This document shows, in pieces, positions 34,531-46,277 of a stretch of DNA of 64,000 nucleotides (the stretch's first letter is position 1; every line of letters starts with the position of its first letter). Source of the stretch: Heterodontus francisci (Eukaryota); the NCBI RefSeq assembly GCF_036365525.1, contig NC_090404.1, forward strand, positions 4,154,001-4,218,000, read 5' to 3'. The notes under the pieces were generated by a model. That model saw only the letters and a list, made by a program, of their open reading frames with translations. It did no database searches and had not been told where the DNA came from. A program made the position numbers and the translations under genes.

Positions 34531-37137
34531 ATTTCGGCAAAAGTGACCATAACGCTGGAAGGTTTAAGATAGTTATGGAAAATGACAAAGATAGACCAGA
34601 AATAAAGGTACTGAGTTGGGGGAAGGACGATTTCAATACGATAAAATAGGATCTGGCCTAAGTGGACTGGGAGCCGCTACTTGGAGGAAATTCTACATCA
34701 GACCAGTGTGAGTCATTCAAAGGGGAAACAGTGAGCGTTCAAAGACAACATGTACCCGTTAAGGTGAAGGGAACCCTGGATGTCAAGGGATATAGAGGAT
34801 TGGATCAGGGAAAAAGGAAGCTTTTGGCAGATTCACAGCGCTGAAAGCAGTGGAGGTACTAGATGAGTATCGAAAGTGTAGCGGGGGGGGGGGGGGGGGG
34901 GTACTTAAAAAAGTAATTAGGAGAGAGAAGAGTAGATAAGAAAAAACACTGGCAGGCTAGATAAAGGAAACTTCTAAAGCGTTTTCTAAGTATATTAAGG
35001 GTAAGAGGATAACCAGGGAAAGAGTAGGACCCATTAGGGACCAAAGGTGCAATCTCTGTGTGGAGCTGGAGGACATTGGTGAGGTTTTAAATGATTACTT
35101 TTAATCTGTGTTCACCCTAGAGAAGGTCAATGTTGGTGCAGAGATCAGGGAAGGGGATTGTGATATACTTGAACATATTAGCATTGAAAGGGAGGAAGTA
35201 TTAGCAGTTCTGGTGGGCTTAAAAGTGGATAAATCACGAGGCCCAGATGAGATGTATCCCAGGCTGTTATGTGAGGCATGGAAAGAGATAGCAAGGACTC
35301 TGACACAAATAGTCAAATCTGCTCTGGCCACAGGAGAGGTACCAGAGGATTGGAGGACAGCGAATGTGGTACCATTATTCAAGAAGGGTAGTACGGATAA
35401 ACCAGGGAATTACAGGCCGGTGAGTCTAACATCAGTGGTAAGGAAACTATTGGAAAAAATTCTGAGGGATAGGATTAATCTCCACTTGGAGAGGCAGGGA
35501 TTAATCAGGGATAGGGAGCATGGCTTTGTCAGGGGGAGATCGTGTCTAGCTAACTAGATTGAATGTTACGAGGCAGTGACTCGATGTATAGATGAGGATA
35601 AAGCAGTTGATATTCTACATGGACTTCAGTCAGGTTTTTGATAAGGTCCCACATGGGAGATTGTTTAAAAAGGTAAGATCCCATGGGATCCAGGGCAATT
35701 TGGCAAATTGGATCCAAAATTGGCTCAGTAGCAGGAGGCAGAGGGTGATGGTTGAGGGTTGTATTTGCAAGTGGAAGGCTTTGACCAGTGGTGTACCACA
35801 GGGATCGGTGCTGGGACCCATACTGTTTGTAGTGTACTTTACTGATTTAGGCGTGAATATAGGAGGTGTGATCAGTAAGTTCGCAGATGACATGAAAATT
35901 GGTGCTTTCGTAAATAGTGAGGAGGATGGCCTTACATTACAGGACGATATCGATGGGCTGGTAAGATGGGCGGAACAGTGGCAAATAGAATTTAGTCCTG
36001 AGAAATGTGAGGTGATGCATTTTTGGAGGACTAATAAGGCAAGGGAATATATAGTGGATGGTAGGACCCTATGAAGAACAGAGGGTCAGAGGGACCTTGG
36101 TGTACTTGTCCATATATCACTGAAAGCAGCAGCACAAGGAGATAAGGTGGTTAGGAAGGCATATGAAAATTATGAGGGGTATTTATGGGTTAGATAGGAA
36201 GAAACATTTTCCCCTAACGGAGAGGTTCATAACTAGGGGACATAGATTTAAGGTAAGGGGCAGGAGTTTTAGAGGGGAGTGGAGGAAGGAAAGTTCACCC
36301 AGAGGGTGATTGGAATCTGGAACACACTGCCTGAAGAGGTGGCAGAGGCACGAACACACATGACATTTAAGAAATATTTAGATGAGCACTTGAAATGCCA
36401 TAGCATACAAGACTAGGGGTCAAGTGTGGGCAGGTGGGATTAGTATTGGACAGGTGCTTGATGGTCAGCGCAGGGGCGCTGGGCCGAAGGGCCTGCTTCT
36501 GTGTTGTAAAACTCTATGACCCGATAGGATTCTTGCCTTTATGAGCCGAGGCATTGAATATAAGTGCAGGGAGGTTATGATGGAGCTCTCTAAAACACTG
36601 GTTCGGCCACAGCTGGAGTACTGTGTGCAGTTCTGGGCACCACACTATAGGAAGGATGTGATTGCACTGGAGAGGGTGCACAGGAGATTCACCAGGATGT
36701 TGCCTGGGCTGGAGCATTTCAGCTATGAAGAGAGACTGAAAAGGCTAGGGTTGTTTTACTTAGAGCAGAGGAGGCTGAGGGGGAACATGATTGAGGTATA
36801 CAAAATTATGAGGGGCAGTGATAGGTTAGATAGGAAGAAAATGTTTCCCTCAGCGGAGGGGTCAATAACCAGGGAGCATAGATTTAAGGTTTAGAGGGGA
36901 TTTGAGGAATTTGTTTTTCACTCTGAGGATGGTTGGAATCTGGAATGCACTGCATGAAGAGGTGGTGGAGGCAGGAACCCTCACAACATTTAAAAAGTAT
37001 TTGGATGAACACTTAAAACGCCATAGCATACAAGGCTACGGGTCAAGTGCTGGAAAATAGAATTAGAATCGTTCGGTGCTTGAGGCTGGCACAGACACGA
37101 TGGGCCGAATGGCCTGTTTCTGTGCTGTCTGACTCTA
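34531..37137 (+). mobile_element. CR1 LINE inserted in the 27-bp array, containing a nested CR1 3' end (~36166-36520)
   Basis: PGNYRPVSLTS, FDKVPH, KFADD; ORF2 breaks at aaggcatatg (36165) and resumes at ~36524 after an extra 3' tail. Confidence 0.9.
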
Positions 37138-37711
37138 TCCAGTTTATGTTTCACGACACCTTATCTCTTTTTATATTGCACTAGACCTTGTCTCTGGTTA
37201 TATTGAACTTGACCCTTTCTCTGTTTATATTACACGAGACCATGTTTCAGTTATGACTGGACTTCGTTGCCTCTCTGTTTATATTACACTAGACACGATC
37301 TCTGTTCTCACTGCACCAATCCCTGTCTCTATTTAGATTACATTAGATCCTCTCTCTGTTTATATTAGACTAGACCCTATCTCTCTTCTTACTGCACCAG
37401 GCCCTGTCTCTGTTTACATTCCACTAGACCCTCTCTCGGTTTATATTACACTGGGCCATGTTGGGTTTTCACTGCACTAGGCCATGTTTCCAGTAGATGA
37501 AGAGATATTATTATGAATAAGGATGTTCGACTGGAAATTGTTATCAGGTGACGGCCGAACGGACGCTTTTGGCTCGGCCGCCCGTTCTACCCAGGGCCTG
37601 GTGTTCAATTACATTGCAGTTAACGGAGTTGCTGCCAATACCAAGCGGTCAATCCGATAGTGACTCTTTCTGTGCCACTGTCTGAAACCAATTTCCATCT
37701 TATGTGTTTGT

Positions 37712-38140
37712 GTGTTGGGCGGGTGTAACCATTCTCTTATGGAAGAACACTTTTAATCTTGTTAATAGCTATCAGTAGCTTATGTGAAATTTCTAATTGC
37801 TCTGGTATTATGTGGGTAATATTTGTGTTAAAAGGATGGGCTGAATCCTGCAACAATCTCCCAGAGACGGACTGGGTGGGATTGAAGGATTAAAGGTCAG
37901 TAATAGTGCCCTGCACTTCACAATACTTGGTAACAAACTCTGTTGTGTTAAAGTGTGCTAATTCACACTTGTGTTGTACTGTGACAATTCCTCACTTTAT
38001 AATGTTCAGGATATTTTTGTCGCTGCGGGATTTTCAATTCAGAGTTCACTTGACCTCGTGATTGTGTTCGAAACAGCCTGGAACAGTGACCCCGCAGTCC
38101 CAACCGACAGGCTGCCGCAGGGTCCTAATGTCCACCAAGT
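37712..38140 (-). repeat. Unidentified ~430-bp unit, uninterrupted inverted copy
   Basis: Reverse complement aligns with the other copies along its whole length. Confidence 0.8.
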
Positions 38141-38334
38141 TCAATCATCTGATCAACAGGGACAACTGAAATGAAAACACACAATGTTTTATATAGGCGA
38201 GTGTGTGTGTGTGTGTGTACCAAATAAATCATCCTTCATGATTGCAAGGTGGTTCCACATAGTTATATGACCTATTTCACTAGATTGTTTCTGCATTTTA
38301 TTTCCTTTTATTCAAACTGTAATTGCAGATTGTT

Positions 38335-38773
38335 TAATACCGTGTGATATAAACAGAGATATGGCCCCGTGCAATGATAACAGAGAGACAGGACATCAGG
38401 TGAAACTATAAGAACCATGTCTTGATGTAATCATAATTGAAACAATACATTGTACAATAATAACTGAAAGTGGTCATAGTGTAAGACTAGCAGAAGCAGG
38501 GTCAACTTTAACAATACCAGAAACATGTTCCTACTGAAAAGTGACAGAGACAAAGTCTCCAGCAATAATAATAGAGGTGTGCACTAGAATTGGAATAACA
38601 GACAGGTTATTTTTCTAAAAATAAGAATGGCAATGTGTAACAATTACACAGACAGGGTCTAATACAATAAGAGTAGAGGCAGGATCCAGAGTATAACAGC
38701 AAAGATGTGGCTTACTTTGAGTGTAACAAAGGCAGTGTTTGATCCAATAATAACAGAGGCAGGCTGCAGTGTA
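38335..38773 (-). repeat. Degenerate 27-bp array, reverse orientation (continues 43800-44020)
   Basis: tgcaataataactgagacaggg-like units. Confidence 0.7.
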
Positions 38774-39047
38774 TTTTTTTTTTTTTTTAATTTCCAAAAT
38801 CTACTTTATTCATAAAAATCTGTAAAAATTACATTGCCAAACAGTTTCCAAACAGCACCAAAAAATACAAACATTGCAAAAGAGATCAGTTTCTTTCAAT
38901 AATGTCATGAGTTTCTTCCCAACCCTTCCGTTTCACAATTGTCATGTCAATTACAGTTTTACATTTACAGCAATTGAGAATATTAACGATACAGTTCGAG
39001 GGGTTTCCCATGAATCCAGCCCCTCAGTCCAGCTTGGTGGGGGAACC

Positions 39048-42000
39048 TTACACTGTGGTCTTTCCCCATTGAGCCTTTGCTGCGGCTGCCCCAAGCTTTA
39101 GTGCGTCCCTCAGCACGTAGTCCTGGACCTTGGAATGTGCCAGTCTGCAACATTCGGTGGTGGACAACTCTTTGCGCTGGAAGACCAGCAAGTTTCGGGC
39201 AGACCAAAGGGCGTCTTTCACCGAATTGATAGTCCTCCAGCAGCAGTTGATGTTTGCCTCGGTGTGCGTCCCTGGGAACAGCCCGTAGAGCACAGACTCC
39301 TGTGTTACAGAGCTGCTTGGGATGAACCTTGACAAAAACCACTGCATCTCTTTCCACACCTGCTTTGCAAAGGCACATTCCAGGAGGAGGTGGGCGACCG
39401 TCTCTTCCCCACCACAGCCAACGCGGGGGCACTGTGCGGAGGGGGCGAGACTTCGGGTGTGCATGAAGGATCTGACGGGGAGGGCCCTTCTCACCACCAG
39501 CCAAGCTACGTCTTGGTGCTTGTTTGAAAGTTCTGGTGATGAGGCATTCCGCCAAATGACTTTGACGGTCTGCTCGGGGAACCATCCGACAGGATCCACC
39601 GTTTCCTTTTCCCGTAGGGCCTTGAGGACATTCCGTGCAGACCACTGCCTGATGGACCGGTGGTCAAAGGTGTTTTTCCGCAGAAACTGCTCCACGAAGG
39701 ATAGGTGGTACGGCACGTCCCAACTGCACGGAGCGTTCCGCGGCAATGTGACCAGGCCCATCCTTCGCAACACCAGGGACAGATAGAACCTCAGCACGTC
39801 ATGACACTTGGAGTTTGCGTACTGGGGATCTACACATAGCTTGATGCAGCCGCACACGAAGGTGGTCATCAGGATGAGGGCCACGTTGGGTACATTTTTC
39901 CCGCCCATGTCCAGAGATTTGAACATCGTGTCCCTCCGGACCCGGTCCATTTTAGATCCCCAGACGAAGCGGAAAATGGCTCGGGTGACTGCCACGGCGC
40001 AGGAGTGGGGTATGGGCCAGACCTGCGCCACGTAGAGCAACAACGTGAGCGCCTCGCACCTGATGACCAGGTTCTTACCCACAATGGAGAGAGATCGCTG
40101 CCCCCACATGCCCAACTTTTGTCGTACCTTGGCTACTCGCTCCTCCCATGTTTTGGTGCACGCCCCGGCACTTCCGAACCATATCCCCAGCACCTTCAGG
40201 TAATCTGACCTGACGGTGAAGGGGACAAAGGATCGGTCGGCCCAGTTCCCAAAGAACATGGCCTCGCTCTTGCCGTGGTTAACTTTGGCTCCCGAGGCCA
40301 GTTCGAACTGGTCGCAGATGCTCATCAGTCTGCGCACGGACAGCGGATCCGAGCAGAAGACGGCGACGTCATCCATGTACAGGGAGGTTTTGACCTGAGC
40401 GCCTCCGCTGCCTGGGATTGTCACCCCTCTTATGCTCGCATCCTTCCTAATAGACTCAGCAAAGGGTTCAATACAGCAAACAAACAAGACCGGGGAGAGA
40501 GGACAGCCCTGTCTGACTCCAGATTTGATCGGGAAACTTTCAGATTCCCACCCGTTGATTGAGACTGCGCTACTGATGTTTGTGTAGAGCAGTTGGATCC
40601 AATTGCAGATTCCCTCCCCAAACCCCATTTTGGAAAGCACGTCCATCATGTAGGTGTGCGATATCCTGTCAAAAGCCTTCTCCTGGTCCAGGCTGATGAG
40701 GCAGGTGTCCACCCTCCTGTCCCGTACGTAGGCGATCGTATCCCTGAGTAGCGCGAGACTATCAGAGATCTTCCTGCTGGGTACAGTACAGGTCTGATCG
40801 GGGTGAATCACCAACTCCAGAGCAGACTTGACTCGACTGGCTATGACTTTGGACAGAATCTTGTAATCAACATTAAGCAGTGAGATGGGCCGCCAATTTC
40901 TGATTTCTGCCCTCTCCCCCTTCTGCTTGTAAATGAGGGTGATGATGCCTCTTCTCATGGATTCTGACATGCTGCCGGCCAGGAGCATACTCTCGTATAC
41001 TTCCAGCAGGTCCGGGCCGACCCAGTCCCACAGGGACGAGTACAACTCGACCGGTAAGCCGTCGCTCCCGGGGGTTTTACTCGTCTCGAAAGACTCGACG
41101 GCCTTTGTCAGCTCGTCCAGAATTAGCGGCTTGTCCAGTCTCTCCCTCCTGCTGTCATCTAGGACCTCTGTGATAGATGACAGGAAGGACTGGGAGGCTC
41201 TGCTGTCTGTGGGCTTCGCGTCATACAGCCCAGCATAAAAGGATTTGCTGATCCTTAGTATGTCGGACTGCGAAGACGTTACCGAGCCATCTTCTTCCTT
41301 CAGGCTGCTGATAACAGAGCTCTCTCTGTGTACCTTTTGGAAGAAGTAACGCGAGCACGTCTCATCCTGCTCGATGGAGCGGACTCTGGACCGGAAGATG
41401 ATCTTGGAGGCCTCCTTGGCAAAGAGCGAGGCCTGCTGGCTCTTCACCTCTTGGAGGTCCTCCTTGACCTCGACCCCCATTGACTGCAACCGGAGTAGAT
41501 TTTGCATAATTTTCTGGAGTCGGGACAGTTCCCTCTGTCTCTCTCTCGCCTTCTGAACACCTTTGTGGATGAAGAACCTCTTGATGTTCTCCTTTATCGC
41601 TTCCCACCAGTGAACTGGAGACTCAAAGAGGGGTTTCACGGTCCTCCAACCTTTGTAATCCCTTTTGAGTTCCTCAACGTTCTCTGGGGTCAGCAGTGTC
41701 GCATTGAGCTTCCACGTCCCTCTGCCAACCCGCTGGTCGTCCTGTAAGTGACAGTCGGCCAGTAAGAGGCAGTGGTCGGAGAAGAACACCGGCTTGACGT
41801 CGGTGGATCCGACCGTGACAGCACGGGACACAAACAGGAAGTCAATCCTGGAACGGGCAGACCCGTCCGATCTTGACCATGTGTATCTGCGCTGCGCTCC
41901 GTCTGCAGGTTTGCTGAAGACGTCGTGCAGTTTGGCATCCTTAACTGTTTCTATTAGGAATCTGGACGTAGCGTCCAGTTTGCTGTCGTCACTGCCGGAT

Positions 42001-42455
42001 CGTCCAGCCGCATCGATGATGCAGTTGAAGTCACCGCCTAGGATGACCGGCCTGGACGTCGCGAGCAGCAGTGGGAGCTGCTGGAAGACGGTCAGCCGCT
42101 CGCTGCGTTGTACCGGGGCGTACACGTTGATCAACCGGAGCGGAGCGTTGTTGTACATCACGTCCGCTACGAGGAGGCGGCCGCCCACCACCTCCTTAAC
42201 TTCGGAGATGGTGAAGTTACCTCCCCGCAGCAGAATACCCAGGCCGGAGGAACGGCAGTCATTACCCCCCGACCAGATCGATGGCCCGTGGGACCACCAT
42301 CGCGACCACTGCCTGCAGGTGCTGAGGTGTGGTATTCCACACTCCTGCAGAAACAGTAGGTCAGCTTTGACCTTGGCAAGGTAATCCAAGGTTGAAACAC
42401 ATCGCGTAGTAGATTTAATGCTACGCACATTAATGGAAGCAATTCTTACACCCAT
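39048..42455 (-). CDS. Tx1 ORF2: APE endonuclease, reverse transcriptase and C-terminal zinc motif (1135 aa, intact)
   Basis: SINVRS, LQE, GGDFNC, SRID, SDH; NWRPISLLNVDYK, DQEKAFD, RQGCPLSP, YMDD; CPRVGC...HLLLEC. Confidence 0.96.
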   Translation of the reverse strand: MGVRIASINVRSIKSTTRCVSTLDYLAKVKADLLFLQECGIPHLSTCRQWSRWWSHGPSIWSGGNDCRSSGLGILLRGGNFTISEVKEVVGGRLLVADVMYNNAPLRLINVYAPVQRSERLTVFQQLPLLLATSRPVILGGDFNCIIDAAGRSGSDDSKLDATSRFLIETVKDAKLHDVFSKPADGAQRRYTWSRSDGSARSRIDFLFVSRAVTVGSTDVKPVFFSDHCLLLADCHLQDDQRVGRGTWKLNATLLTPENVEELKRDYKGWRTVKPLFESPVHWWEAIKENIKRFFIHKGVQKARERQRELSRLQKIMQNLLRLQSMGVEVKEDLQEVKSQQASLFAKEASKIIFRSRVRSIEQDETCSRYFFQKVHRESSVISSLKEEDGSVTSSQSDILRISKSFYAGLYDAKPTDSRASQSFLSSITEVLDDSRRERLDKPLILDELTKAVESFETSKTPGSDGLPVELYSSLWDWVGPDLLEVYESMLLAGSMSESMRRGIITLIYKQKGERAEIRNWRPISLLNVDYKILSKVIASRVKSALELVIHPDQTCTVPSRKISDSLALLRDTIAYVRDRRVDTCLISLDQEKAFDRISHTYMMDVLSKMGFGEGICNWIQLLYTNISSAVSINGWESESFPIKSGVRQGCPLSPVLFVCCIEPFAESIRKDASIRGVTIPGSGGAQVKTSLYMDDVAVFCSDPLSVRRLMSICDQFELASGAKVNHGKSEAMFFGNWADRSFVPFTVRSDYLKVLGIWFGSAGACTKTWEERVAKVRQKLGMWGQRSLSIVGKNLVIRCEALTLLLYVAQVWPIPHSCAVAVTRAIFRFVWGSKMDRVRRDTMFKSLDMGGKNVPNVALILMTTFVCGCIKLCVDPQYANSKCHDVLRFYLSLVLRRMGLVTLPRNAPCSWDVPYHLSFVEQFLRKNTFDHRSIRQWSARNVLKALREKETVDPVGWFPEQTVKVIWRNASSPELSNKHQDVAWLVVRRALPVRSFMHTRSLAPSAQCPRVGCGGEETVAHLLLECAFAKQVWKEMQWFLSRFIPSSSVTQESVLYGLFPGTHTEANINCCWRTINSVKDALWSARNLLVFQRKELSTTECCRLAHSKVQDYVLRDALKLGAAAAKAQWGKTTV

Positions 42456-42468
42456 TTTTTACTAAAAA

Positions 42469-43798
42469 TTAGTTGTTGCTTCCCATACCATTTGTCCTCG
42501 CTAGTCCCAGTCCTTCCCCTTCGGGATGTTCCTGCATACCCATCGTATGCGCAAGCAGTTTCACGTTGGTTGGGCTCAGAAACCCCTCCTGATTTTTCAT
42601 GCAGGGTTTGTGCCGCTCGGGTGACATCGGGGGGGTCTTGTAGGCAGAGAGGATTGGGTTGTCCTCAGCTGCTTCCATCTGTTCCTCCTCGAAAATATCA
42701 CAGCTCCCGGTCTCCCGGAGCTCAGGTGCGCCAGACGTGTCTTTGCTCCCGGTGTCCCGGAGCTGAGATGCGTTGGCCACGTCGTTACGTGTGGGGAATT
42801 GGGGTTGGGGCACGCCGGGCCCATCACAGCTTCCAGTGCCCGGGGGCTGGGATGCTTTATCATCCATCTCGGAGTTCTGCCGCCTCTTTTGAAGGGGCTG
42901 TCGTTCCAGCATTTCCCCGTCCAGTGAAGAGGAGTTGTTGCAGTCTGATTCAGAAGAGAGCCTCCTCTTGCCACTGGTTTGGGTGGTGGCTTTGGGATGT
43001 TTTTTCTTTGTGGTTTTCCTCTGGACCACTTGCCACTGACCTGTTTGTCCATCTGCTGCCTCCTCCTCCATTGATTCTGTCTGTGGAGGAGGGGTTTCCG
43101 GGCGCTGGGTAGGTGCTGGGTCGTTGGTTTCAGCTGCCTCCCCTTCCTTCTCAGGTTGAAGTTCCTCACTGCGAAGAAGGTTGCTGGTCTCCTTTCGAAC
43201 AGCGGACGCCTTCGTCGAACCTTCTCCCGGCCTTTCCTTGGACCTTGCCGCCTGAGCATAGCTGAGGCAACGTTTGGGGCAGGTCTTGTAGAGATGGCCT
43301 GCCGCACCGCACAAGTTGCAACACTTAGTCTGCTTACAGTCCTTGGTCTGATGGCCTTCCTCCTTGCAGTTCTTGCAAACAACCGTGCTGCAGTTGGCTG
43401 CCATGTGACCAGATTTGCCACAGGTGCGACAAACTCTGGGCTGCCCAGCGTAGACCAAGAAGCCTCGACTTCCCCCGATAGCGAAGCTGGAGGGAGGGTG
43501 GATGATGGCTCCACTGGGATCTACCTTCAAGGTCACCTTGACCTGCCGCTTGCTGGTCCAGATCCCAAAGGGGTCCTTGACATCAGTGCTGCTGCCGGTC
43601 ACCTCGACGTACCTGGCGAGAAAGGTGAGTACATCCACCACCGGAACATGGGGGTTGTAGAGGTGAATCGTCACCACCCGGTCCCGTTGTGACGGAAGCG
43701 TGAAGAGCGGCTCCGCTGTGAGGATCGACAGTGGAGCCCGGTCCCCTTTCTCCTTGAACGCCTTCAGGAACTTGATGCATCCCGCCACGTTCCGGAAC
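42469..43798 (-). CDS. Tx1 ORF1 gag-like protein with three CCHC zinc knuckles, N-terminally truncated
   Basis: CRTCGKSGHMAANC, CKNCKEEGHQTKDC, CNLCGAAGHLYKTC; the frame is open up to the insertion junction. Confidence 0.9.
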
Positions 43799-44694
43799 GT
43801 GTATTACTGAACACATCACTACATCCAATGTGATGATAACACAGTCAGTATCCAGTGCATCAAAACCAAAGCTTTGGTCTCCTATCATAGTGCATGTGAG
43901 TCAGAATCTATTCATATAACAGCAAATACTTTGCCGAACACCTCATAACAGAGTCAATGACCACTGCAGTTTGAATGAGATGGGCTTAGTGTAATAACAC
44001 AGGCACTATTTGGTGTAATGGGAGCTGGGAAAAGATCATGTCAGCATTGACACTCTCAGCCTCAGTCAGAAGGTGTGGGTTCAAGCCCCACTCCAGACAC
44101 TCGACTGCATAATCTAGGCCGATGCTCCCGTTGCCAATATAAATACAAGTCGTTCTGTTCTTTTGCCCACTATTTTGTTAGACTCAGAAGGAGTGAGGGG
44201 AATTGCAGATGGAGAAATTCTAGGCAATTTCTCCATCCAGCGAGGCAGGGGCTCTGGTGACATAATTGCAAGTTTGACGTGACTGCCCATTCCTAAACAA
44301 CCTCTTCCCCCCTCCCCCTAATAATAACAGAGGCCGGCTCAAGGGTATCAATAACAGAGGCTGCTTTTACTGCAGGAACTCTTACCTTGAGAGAGGCAGA
44401 GGGTCTATTAAACACCCGATTGCAATAGGAAGACAAAGTGCAGGGAAGCACTGACGTTTTGGGCCCAGTACAGGCTTCTGTGTTATGGTGAGTGAAACAG
44501 GGAGTAGTGTGAGAAAATAGGAATGGAAACATCATGACAGGCACATGTGGCTGACTCCATCCGACTACGCTGATGCACAAAAGGGGGTGACCACGAGGAC
44601 AGGGCGTACTCCAGAGATTTCTGATATCTGAGGTGACAATGGTGCATGTCTCAGAGGAACTGAAAAGAAACTGCTTCTTCTCATCTGTCAGCTG

Positions 44695-45155
44695 TGCCTC
44701 AGTTTTTACAACGCTCACCTTTGAGTCATAAGCTTCCAGGTTCAAGACCCAATCCGGGGCTTAACAGCAAAAATCAAGGCTGATACAGTAGTGCAGTATT
44801 GAGGGAGCACAGCACTGCCAGAGGTGCCGTCTTTCAGATGAGATGTTAAACCGAGGCCCAAATCTACTTGCTCGGGTGGATGTAAAAGCTCTCTGGTACT
44901 ATTTGGAAGAAGAACAAAGGAGTTATCCCCAGTGTCCTGGTCAAGGTTTATCCCTCAATCAACATCACAAAAACAGATTATCTAGTCTTTATCGCATTGC
45001 TGCTTGTGGGAGTTTGCTGTTTGTAAACTGGCTGATATGTTTCCTGCATTACAACAGTGACTACACTTCAAAAGTACTTCATGGATTCTAAAGCATTTTG
45101 AGATGTCCGGTGGTTGTGAAAAGCCTGATATAAATGCAAGTCCTTCCTTTCCTTT
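44695..45155 (+). mobile_element. DeuSINE-like SINE
   Basis: gaggtgccgtctttcagatgaga...taaatgcaagtc(cttt) end; homologous to 24705-25195. Confidence 0.75.
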
Positions 45156-45526
45156 TTGCAGTCGCTGTGTTGCACAGGAACATCGGGGCCGGATCTGACA
45201 GTTCGTAGAAACCAATGTTTTAAATCTTCTGCTAAAGCCAATTAAATTCAAAGTTCAAACCTCACCAGAGGAAAATTCAGAGTTGTGCAAAAATGAGTGA
45301 GCTGTCCAATTAATCCCATTGTTCATATCGCTGCCAATTTGCACCCCCCACCCCCACTCCACTACCACCATCTATATGGCAACAAAACCAAAAGGGGAGA
45401 TGAGAAGAATTTTGTTTTAATACAGAGATTTTCTGTGATCTGGAATGCACACCGTGAAAGGGTGCTTGAAGCAGATTGAATAGTAACTTTCAAAGGGAAC
45501 TGGATAAATACCTGAGGGGAGGTGGA

Positions 45527-45650
45527 AGATTGTTGCAGGATTCACCCCATCCTTTCAACAAAAATATTACCCACATAATACCAGAGCAATCTGATAACTA
45601 TTAACAAGATTAAAGATATTCTTCCATACAGAAAATGATTACACCCGCCC
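45527..45650 (+). repeat. Unidentified ~430-bp unit, 3' fragment
   Basis: caggattcaccccatcctttcaacaaaaatattacccacataataccagagcaat. Confidence 0.8.
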
Positions 45651-45689
45651 TATTTGGAACACTTCTATTAAATAGTAACACACGCAGGT

Positions 45690-45694
<5 letters not shown>

Positions 45695-45732
<38 letters not shown>
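45695..45732. repeat. (GA)n microsatellite
   Basis: Direct inspection. Confidence 0.9.
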
Positions 45733-46277
45733 AAAACAGACACTTTTAAAAAGGCAGAAACACGAGGTGGTGAGAGATAAAAGCTGAGAAATAGAGAAAA
45801 CAAGGAACACACAGAGAGAATGGCATAAAATTAAAGGGAGCAAACTGCCAGCTGCCGGTTTCAGAGAGCAGAGGGAGCTCAGTGACTGATCCACAGACAT
45901 GGTCAGTTATGTCCGGAAATGGAGACTCGAAACAGAAACAAAAGGTTCATTTGTAAATGTCACCACAATGTGATCTGTGTGACTCTGCAACGACTCTGTG
46001 GACAGATATAGGCCGCCTTGGCATATGTTTCCACCAGATTGTGGCCCCTGGATTTATTTTCTGCTCAGAAGTGAGATGTGTGGTTTGGAACCGGCAGAAG
46101 AGAAACAGGAAGTTGTGTTGCCTGAGAATGAAATAGCAGGTGTCAATTTCAGGTTTTCACCATGAACAGTCTTCCTGCCTGTGAGGGTGGATTCAATCTG
46201 ACAGCACCAAGAACAAGCTCAAAGATTGCTTCTGGTCTCAACATCACGTTCACCTCCATTCACATTTAATTCACATT

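Larger units (their letters stand above)
38774..43798 (-). mobile_element. Tx1-clade (L1 group) non-LTR retrotransposon, 5'-truncated within ORF1, young
   Basis: Poly(A) tail at ~38774-38788, AATAAA at 38805-38810, gtgtatt TSD (38769-38775 / 43799-43805), two undisrupted ORFs 13 nt apart, CpG-rich. Confidence 0.95.

Noticed and set aside
32950-34546. Repetitive ORFs (LDPVSVYIT) or a CRISPR-like array
   Set aside because: Head-to-tail 27-bp units without unique spacers in vertebrate DNA; the open frames follow from a period divisible by 3
37730-37880. Antisense consensus reading FNLVNSYQQLC...AESCNNL resembling the OAS C-terminal domain
   Set aside because: Motif spacing is too short, stops are shared across copies, and no nucleotidyltransferase core is seen; likely chance
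39135-43692. Many overlapping ORFs on both strands over the Tx1 element
   Set aside because: Shadow frames of the GC-rich ORF1/ORF2
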